Assembly (NCBI GenBank): GCA_018268195.1
Contig: JAFDWZ010000026.1
Location: 64,491-128,490 of the forward strand
Reading direction: 5' to 3'
Origin: Bacteroidota bacterium
GTDB lineage: Bacteria > Bacteroidota > Bacteroidia > AKYH767-A > OLB10
DNA: 64,000 nt
How positions within the stretch are numbered: the stretch's first letter is position 1; the number at the start of each line of letters is the position of its first letter. A program made the translations under genes and the position numbers. The notes beneath the pieces were generated by a model. That model was not told the origin of the DNA. It ran no database searches and saw only the letters and a program-made list of their open reading frames with translations. Of the stretch, positions 58,206 through 64,000 are shown one piece after another.

Positions 58206-58602
58206 TGAAATGCTCCATTTTTAATTCTTTCATACTTACCTCAAACACGTCTGCATATTTTTTAAGCTTGGCTTCACTGAGTTTTTTAAAGACTTCGGGC
58301 TTCATGTGTCGTTTGATTGTCCATTGCCAAAAACCGGTGTAACCTGACAATATTTTCATATCCATCAATCGTAATTCCATATAAAACAAAACAGGACTTG
58401 CTTCACCGCGCAGCACTTTGTCCTTAGCTGCAATAATGCGGGTTTCAATATCCTTCCAGGCTACATCAAGCGCATTTGTTTTTACTTCCCATCCGGTGCT
58501 GTTGGCAGTTTCGTAATTGCCATTTTCGCCAACGGCATAACATAACTCACGAATATAATTTACCAGAGCACTGTGATCCTGCGGTATATCTTTTTTGTTC
58601 AT
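58189..58602 (-). CDS. Hypothetical protein within the dar operon
   Basis: 137 aa with no recognised motif. Its stop region overlaps the BtrH-like gene by 17 nt, and its start lies 1 nt after the DarB-like gene, so it appears translationally linked. Confidence 0.5.
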   Translation of the reverse strand: MNKKDIPQDHSALVNYIRELCYAVGENGNYETANSTGWEVKTNALDVAWKDIETRIIAAKDKVLRGEASPVLFYMELRLMDMKILSGYTGFWQWTIKRHMKPEVFKKLSEAKLKKYADVFEVSMKELKMEHFNADRL

Positions 58603-58603
58603 T

Positions 58604-59749
58604 TTAAACTACTGTCAGAATAGCAAACACGTAGGAAAATCGTGCACTTTCGGGAACTGCCAATACCATACGTTGCCCCTTCTTCAGACGGTTGGTTCGC
58701 ATCAGTTCTTCCATCATCAGATAAATGCTTCCTGCTCCAACGTTCCCAACTTGTGAAAGATTGGTAAACCATTTTTCCTGAGGAATTATGAGTCCCTTTT
58801 TACGGAACCCCTCATCCATTTTGTTTCGGAAAAATTCACTCGAAATATGAGGTAAAAACCAGTCAATTTCAGATGCTTTAAGCCGGTGCGTATTCAGCAT
58901 TTCAATCAGTTTGTCACTGCCAAGGTCAACAATATACTTACTCAGCATTTTTGTGTCCTGCTTTATATTGAGCACTGAATTTTCAATAATCTCAACAGGA
59001 TTCATATCCATATAACTCACAAAAGTTCCATCAGGAGTTTTGTCGGCAGCTGCATACATGCATGGTTCAGTAATGTTTGCATACGATATTCCCTCTACTG
59101 CGTCAATACGCAGAGAGTTACCTTCGGCTGCAGGTTTATTTTCAACAAGTGCTGCTGCTGCTCCATCGCTAAGCATCCATCTCAGAAATTCTTTATCGAA
59201 ACTGATGTATGGGTTATCCTCCATCTGAGCAAGTTTTTTTGCTTCGGCTTCAAACGACTCATAATTCATTATCCTTGAAGTACGCTCTGAACCCGTGACT
59301 ACTGCTTTAGTTGATTGTCCCGTTTTCACACACATCCATGCATACTTAAGTGCATGCATACCGGAGCAACAGTTACCCGAAGGTGAGGTTACTTCAATAG
59401 CTTTTGAATTTTTAAGCCATCCATGAACCATTACTGCATGCGAAGGCATCCATTGATCGGGTGATGAAGTACCGCACGTCAATAAGTCAACTTCGGATAA
59501 TTCATTCGGTCTTTTTTCAAAAAGTTTTTCGACAGCAATAGCTGCAAGTTGTGCATTGGTGTGGGTCGCTTTACCATTCTTATCCATCGCATAATAACGG
59601 CATTTGATTCCATTATTCCGCAATACCAAATATTTTGCTTTTGAGGACTGCTCATGTTTCATTCCAAGGTATTGCCCCATCTCATCATTGGATATAGGCT
59701 CATTGGGCAAGAAAGCTGACAGGCGGGTTATATAAACTTCGTTATTCAT
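58604..59749 (-). CDS. darB: KAS III-like ketosynthase (DarB-type dialkylresorcinol/cyclohexanedione-forming enzyme)
   Basis: FabH-like thiolase fold with an active-site Cys context (SPSGNCCSGMHALKYA) and a C-terminal GNVGAGS motif. Lies immediately downstream of the DarA-like gene, with a 3-nt gap. Confidence 0.75.
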   Translation of the reverse strand: MNNEVYITRLSAFLPNEPISNDEMGQYLGMKHEQSSKAKYLVLRNNGIKCRYYAMDKNGKATHTNAQLAAIAVEKLFEKRPNELSEVDLLTCGTSSPDQWMPSHAVMVHGWLKNSKAIEVTSPSGNCCSGMHALKYAWMCVKTGQSTKAVVTGSERTSRIMNYESFEAEAKKLAQMEDNPYISFDKEFLRWMLSDGAAAALVENKPAAEGNSLRIDAVEGISYANITEPCMYAAADKTPDGTFVSYMDMNPVEIIENSVLNIKQDTKMLSKYIVDLGSDKLIEMLNTHRLKASEIDWFLPHISSEFFRNKMDEGFRKKGLIIPQEKWFTNLSQVGNVGAGSIYLMMEELMRTNRLKKGQRMVLAVPESARFSYVFAILTVV

Positions 59750-59752
59750 AAT

Positions 59753-60661
59753 TTAACCGGGCAAATTTACACCTTCGGCATATATCTTCCGTTTTGCCAG
59801 CTTTTTATATAATAAAGGCCTGATAATGAATGTAAATAACACTACTACTATGGGAGAAATAATAAATAGAGCAAAAAGAAGATAATATCTGAAAATGTTA
59901 ATCCATAATTCACGGTTTTTCTTTTTAAGAATAATGCCTGCCCAAATACGAAACAACATGATGGCGCGACTTTCAATAAACATGAGCGTGGTATTTACAT
60001 GTACTGCTCCCATCGTCAGCCATTTTTTTTGCAACTCACCTAATGTATCGTTCTCCAGCGACTGACATGCTATAAATCCAAAATCTTTAGCTGACGATAT
60101 ATCTTTTTCCGAAATCCCCGGCTTTGGAAATATTCCCCACATTTTATCTTTCTTGCCTGTAAGCATCCAATACTGAACGGTTACTGCACTGATAAGATTC
60201 GGAGCTTTATCATTAAGAATAAGATTCCCTACATGCAGTGCCTTATTTTTATTTAACCATTGTCGCACTCGCTCTTGTCCTTCAATCCACATATTTCTTA
60301 CTCCGCCAATAGTAATTACAGGAGTGTTTTCAATAAGTTTACTTATTACCTCTGAATGCATGGCCGAAATTGCCGGCAATGATGGCGACAAAAACCAAGG
60401 TTGCCAGGCAAAAACAATTAAATCATACTTGGTATGCCGAGTTGACAATGGTTTTATTTTAATAGGTTTATCCGTTACACATTCCGGCATTGCATTAAAA
60501 AAACGGTCGTTATCCCAAGGAAAAGGGAAAGGCTTTTCAGGTTCAATCAGCAGGTACTCTACTTCATTCAATGCTGCTTCAAACGGCTGAGCAAAGTTTT
60601 CAACGATTTGCTTTAGTTGTCCCGTTTGTGAGTAAAAAATAATAAGAATACGCTTATTCAA
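59753..60661 (-). CDS. darA: DarA-like dialkylresorcinol condensing enzyme/aromatase (flavodoxin-like N-terminus, C-terminal membrane helices)
   Basis: MNKRILIIFYSQTGQLKQI flavodoxin-like start. About 300 aa with C-terminal hydrophobic helices, paired with a KAS III gene. Family recognised from memory of DarA annotations. Confidence 0.6.
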   Translation of the reverse strand: MNKRILIIFYSQTGQLKQIVENFAQPFEAALNEVEYLLIEPEKPFPFPWDNDRFFNAMPECVTDKPIKIKPLSTRHTKYDLIVFAWQPWFLSPSLPAISAMHSEVISKLIENTPVITIGGVRNMWIEGQERVRQWLNKNKALHVGNLILNDKAPNLISAVTVQYWMLTGKKDKMWGIFPKPGISEKDISSAKDFGFIACQSLENDTLGELQKKWLTMGAVHVNTTLMFIESRAIMLFRIWAGIILKKKNRELWINIFRYYLLFALFIISPIVVVLFTFIIRPLLYKKLAKRKIYAEGVNLPG

Positions 60662-61130
60662 AGTCTGTAGATTTTAGAATGCCTGATGTAGCTGAATATT
60701 CCTTCACATATTTCTGTATGACAGGACTGAAATTCTTAAACTGTTCACGCACCAATGCAGCATCTTCCTGAATATTTTTTTTATATCCCAACATGGGCGG
60801 ACTATTTTCCTGAATTAAAAGTCTCAAAAAGTGATAGAGCATATTGTCGGGATGAGTTCGGATTTCAGCTTCCAGAAGCTGACGACCTTGCTTAAAAAGT
60901 TGTAATTTTTGTGCAGGTGCTTTTACTAATCCCGCCTTTTTCATCAACAAAGCACCTGAGTAGGCATTTTGCTCTGACTCCGGTAAACTCGAAACACTTT
61001 TTAAAATCTTATTTACAGTAACCGTGTCTTCAGACAACATCGCATCTAAAACCTTGCTTATATTGTTATCAGAAGCCATAAGGGGCTTACAATTGATTAG
61101 TAATAAAAGTATAATGATTCCTTTTCGCAT
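60654..61130 (-). CDS. Hypothetical secreted helical protein
   Basis: Signal peptide (MRKGIIILLLLINCKPLMA). Its stop overlaps the darA start by 8 nt. No family assigned. Confidence 0.5.
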   Translation of the reverse strand: MRKGIIILLLLINCKPLMASDNNISKVLDAMLSEDTVTVNKILKSVSSLPESEQNAYSGALLMKKAGLVKAPAQKLQLFKQGRQLLEAEIRTHPDNMLYHFLRLLIQENSPPMLGYKKNIQEDAALVREQFKNFSPVIQKYVKEYSATSGILKSTDFE

Positions 61131-61193
61131 GAATGCAAATGTATAGAAAGAGCGGTAACTATTTATTCAAATGAAATGCTAAATCTTCATACC

Positions 61194-61529
61194 TCAAAGT
61201 CCCGAATTGCGAAACATAATTTTAATAAAAGTGCGTTCAAGAATTGCATGAGCCATAGCTAGTAATTCATCGTTCTGATGAAGAATTCTTCGCATTGATT
61301 TTTCGGGAATATCTACACGATATATCCATGCATTAAACGTGCCCGGAGTTTTACGCAACGAGGTTATTATTTCCATAAGGTGTGAAATTAATTCTTGTTG
61401 TGCCGTATTAACATCACCATTCCACATAATAGTGCAACCGGTTCCGATAAGGTCCTTGTTGAGTTGTTGCACCGTCTGGCGGATGTATTTTTCATTCTCG
61501 CCAAAATGCCTTAACGACTCTTCGCTCAT
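61194..61529 (-). CDS. Hypothetical protein
   Basis: 111 aa. Its start overlaps the aroQ stop by 4 nt. No recognisable motif. Confidence 0.45.
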   Translation of the reverse strand: MSEESLRHFGENEKYIRQTVQQLNKDLIGTGCTIMWNGDVNTAQQELISHLMEIITSLRKTPGTFNAWIYRVDIPEKSMRRILHQNDELLAMAHAILERTFIKIMFRNSGL

Positions 61530-61951
61530 TGTTCTGAAAAACTACGGATGGCAAATTCATAGGATTGTAAACCGAAACCGGCAACAATACCTTTGCAATG
61601 TGCCGACAATAGGCTTTTTTGTCGGAATTCCTCACGTGCATAAATGTTGGAAATATGTACTTCGACCACCGGTGTAGGTATTGCCGCAATAGCATCACCA
61701 ATTGCAACACTTGTATGGGTATATCCTCCTGCATTCAACACAATACCTTTATAGCTGAACCCAGTTTGGTGCAGTTTATTGATGATTTCTCCTTCAACAT
61801 TACTCTGAAAATATTCAATCTGCAGATTACTGAATTTTAGTCTGAGTTCGGCAAGATAATCATCAAAAGTACGATTGCCATAAGTTTCAGGTTGCCTGAT
61901 GCCCAGCAGGTTGAGGTTAGGCCCGTTGATGATAATAATTTGTGGTTTCAT
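61526..61951 (-). CDS. aroQ: Type II 3-dehydroquinate dehydratase
   Basis: IIIINGPNLNLLGIRQPETYG N-terminus, NAGGYTHTSVA and HISNIYARE motifs. Confidence 0.95.
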   Translation of the reverse strand: MKPQIIIINGPNLNLLGIRQPETYGNRTFDDYLAELRLKFSNLQIEYFQSNVEGEIINKLHQTGFSYKGIVLNAGGYTHTSVAIGDAIAAIPTPVVEVHISNIYAREEFRQKSLLSAHCKGIVAGFGLQSYEFAIRSFSEQ

Positions 61952-61957
61952 AGCATG

Positions 61958-62608
61958 CTATGGCACGTTAATCACTTTATGCATTTGAAGTGAAAACTGC
62001 CATTCGGGATGTGATTTTATATAATCCACCATAAGTGGTACTATTTTATTAAAACGACTGTATTCAGGTTGCAGGAAGAGTTTTGTTCCCGACACAACCA
62101 TTTGTGCATACTTTTCAGCCCATTCAAAATCGGATGGGTGAAAAATCACTACTTTAAGCTCATTGGCCAGTTTAAGATTCTCCGGCAATGGAGCTTTGTA
62201 CTTTTTGGGCGATAGACAAATCCAATCGAAGTTGCCTGAGATGGGATGTGCACCAGAAGTTTCGAGCCACACCTGCATACCATGCTCCCTTAATGCTGCT
62301 GTGAGATCAGCAAGTGGATGCATGGTTGGTTCTCCGCCTGTAATTACAACATTGGAAGCTCCATGCTTTTTGCAACTTTTCACCAACTCATCTACAGACA
62401 TTATAGGATGTTTATCTGCCTCCCATGACTCCTTTACATCACACCACACGCAACCTACATCGCAACCTGCCAGACGAATAAAATATGCTGCTTTACCCGT
62501 ATGCATTCCTTCGCCCTGTATGGTATAAAAATGCTCCATGACCGGGTAATTTCCGGGAGGTAAACCGGAGGGAACTATTTCCTTACTTATAGCTTTGGAC
62601 TGCTGCAT
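61958..62608 (-). CDS. queE: 7-carboxy-7-deazaguanine synthase (radical SAM)
   Basis: FIRLAGCDVGCVWCD (C-x3-C-x2-C) radical SAM cluster motif. About 215 aa, QueE-like. Confidence 0.9.
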   Translation of the reverse strand: MQQSKAISKEIVPSGLPPGNYPVMEHFYTIQGEGMHTGKAAYFIRLAGCDVGCVWCDVKESWEADKHPIMSVDELVKSCKKHGASNVVITGGEPTMHPLADLTAALREHGMQVWLETSGAHPISGNFDWICLSPKKYKAPLPENLKLANELKVVIFHPSDFEWAEKYAQMVVSGTKLFLQPEYSRFNKIVPLMVDYIKSHPEWQFSLQMHKVINVP

Positions 62609-62615
62609 CGGGTGA

Positions 62616-63575
62616 TTAACTAATTTTCTGACTCACTACACGCTGCAGAATTTCAAAAGCATTCTCTGCCATCTGATTTTCTTTATCCAAAGTAGGATTT
62701 ACTTCCGACATTTCGAAACAACACACTTTTTCATTTTGAATTAAACGCACACATAGTCCGCCAGCTTCCTTCTCGGTAATTCCATTACGCACGGGAGTGC
62801 CTGTACCTTTAGAAATGGAACTGTCCATACTGTCCACATCAAATGACACATAGATGTGTGAGCAATGTGAAAGATGCGACAAGGCATCACGCGAAATTTT
62901 TTCAACACCTTTTCGTTTCACGTCAGAAGTAGAAAACATTTTCACCTTATGCTTTTTTAAAAGATAGGATTCTTCGGGCTCCACATCGCGCACGCAGATA
63001 TATACCAAATCCTTGTAAGTTATTTTAGGCGAAATCCCTCCTACTTTTTTCAGTTTATTCCAAAGGTCAACGGTTTCCTTGTCCGGCTTGTTCATTCTGT
63101 TGGTGAGGTTATCTTCGCCAAGGGTCGCGGCCAACGGCATACCATGTACATTACCTGTAGGAGTGGTATATGGAGAATGAATATCAGCATGAGCATCAAT
63201 CCAAATAACACCGAGTTTAGATTTAGGATAAGCCATTTTTATTCCGGCAATAGTACCACCAGCAGTGCTGTGGTCTCCTGCAAGTACAATTGGGAACGCT
63301 TTACTTTTTAGTGTATCGCATACGGTCTTTCCTATTCTTTCATATAAAGTAATAATACCTTTAATCCGTTTAGCATAAGGACTACCCTGAGCCTCAAACA
63401 ACAGTTTGTTTTCATTAGGTATATCTATGCATTCCACCTTATTAAACAAATTACTTCCGAAATCGAGAGCTGCTACCTTAATGGCATCTACACCCATACT
63501 GGCTCCTCGTGTGCCTGCGCCTATTTCCGACTTTACTTCAATAAATTTTATTTTACTCATAATATTTTTTAACAA
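62616..63575 (-). CDS. Arginase-family ureohydrolase (probably agmatinase, given the divergent speA neighbour)
   Basis: Mn-binding motifs GDHS, IWIDAHADIH and SFDVDSMD. The agmatinase versus arginase call is inferred from gene context only. Confidence 0.8.
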   Translation of the reverse strand: MLKNIMSKIKFIEVKSEIGAGTRGASMGVDAIKVAALDFGSNLFNKVECIDIPNENKLLFEAQGSPYAKRIKGIITLYERIGKTVCDTLKSKAFPIVLAGDHSTAGGTIAGIKMAYPKSKLGVIWIDAHADIHSPYTTPTGNVHGMPLAATLGEDNLTNRMNKPDKETVDLWNKLKKVGGISPKITYKDLVYICVRDVEPEESYLLKKHKVKMFSTSDVKRKGVEKISRDALSHLSHCSHIYVSFDVDSMDSSISKGTGTPVRNGITEKEAGGLCVRLIQNEKVCCFEMSEVNPTLDKENQMAENAFEILQRVVSQKIS

Positions 63576-63641
63576 TCATTTTTAATTTTCAAGATATATC
63601 TACATTCGCATGGCACAAAAATAAATGAATAGCCATAGCAA

Positions 63642-64000
63642 ATGAAGAACCGGTACATTGACCTGATTCAACAAAGTTACGACTTTCCACAAGAAGGTTT
63701 TGAAGTAATTGATGATTGCCTGCATTTTAACGGGATAAATCTTATGGATGTGATTAAACAATATGGCACACCGCTTAAGATAACCTATCTTCCTAAAATA
63801 AGTTCACAAATACAGAAAGCCAAACGTATTTTTAACGTAGCAATGGCTAAAGTGGACTATAAAGGCAGCTATTATTACTGCTATTGCACCAAAAGTTCAC
63901 ATTTTTCATTTGTAATGGAAGAAGCTTTGAAAAATGATATTCATATTGAAACCAGTTCTGCATTCGATATTCCCATTATCCGCTCACTTTATCAGTCACA
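63642..64000 (+). CDS. speA: Arginine decarboxylase (PLP-dependent, fold type III), 5' partial at the window edge
   Basis: GTPLKITYLP and YCYCTKSSHF (PLP-Lys context) resemble Bacteroidota SpeA N-termini as I recall them. The ORF runs off the end of the window. Confidence 0.75.
   Translation, partial: MKNRYIDLIQQSYDFPQEGFEVIDDCLHFNGINLMDVIKQYGTPLKITYLPKISSQIQKAKRIFNVAMAKVDYKGSYYYCYCTKSSHFSFVMEEALKNDIHIETSSAFDIPIIRSLYQS

Noticed and set aside
53706-60661. Calling the dar cluster a flexirubin pigment cluster
   Set aside because: The window contains none of the polyene-arm genes next to it: no tyrosine ammonia-lyase, aryl-CoA ligase, FabZ/FabG-like set, LolA-like gene, acyltransferase or halogenase. 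Only the resorcinol-forming part can be supported here.

Overview
The window looks like a chromosomal segment of a low-GC Bacteroidota genome. Supporting signs are a T9SS C-terminal sorting domain, GH3-family, DUF4294-like and HsdR_N-like genes, TAnnTTTG-type promoter motifs, and mostly absent Shine-Dalgarno sequences. It is densely coding, with about 55 genes, mostly housekeeping: accC, pckA, pyrD, smpB, holA, folP, recF, mutL, obg, aroQ, queE and speA. I saw no tRNA or rRNA genes, CRISPR arrays, transposases or integrases.

Three regions stand out:
1. 18-6467. An FNR-type regulator sits next to a five-gene operon for an atypical B-family-like (ba3-like) heme-copper oxidoreductase. The operon encodes a IIa-like peptide, a CuA subunit II fused to cytochrome c, subunit I, an SCO copper chaperone, and an unusual fusion of diheme cytochrome b, 2x[4Fe-4S] ferredoxin and an MvhD-like domain. 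In subunit I the cross-linked active-site Tyr position reads Gln, and the second low-spin heme His position reads Lys. This suggests a non-canonical, possibly NO-reductase-like or new, HCO subfamily with a dedicated electron-transfer partner. I rank it as the most interesting system in the window.
2. 53706-60661. A compact dialkylresorcinol-type (DarA/DarB) lipid cluster with an ACP, a KAS, a BtrH-like protein and an ABC exporter, but no flexirubin polyene genes.
3. Large surface or repeat proteins: a 1426-aa T9SS cargo protein and a roughly 720-aa protein with 12 LEKARQDS coiled-coil repeats.

Smaller observations:
- An MntR-type repressor with a candidate operator, upstream of an Nramp-USP fusion.
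- An OmpR-type regulator whose receiver domain lacks every phospho-acceptor residue.
- An Ntn-hydrolase acylase.

All family assignments come from reading the translated ORFs for motifs, not from database searches.
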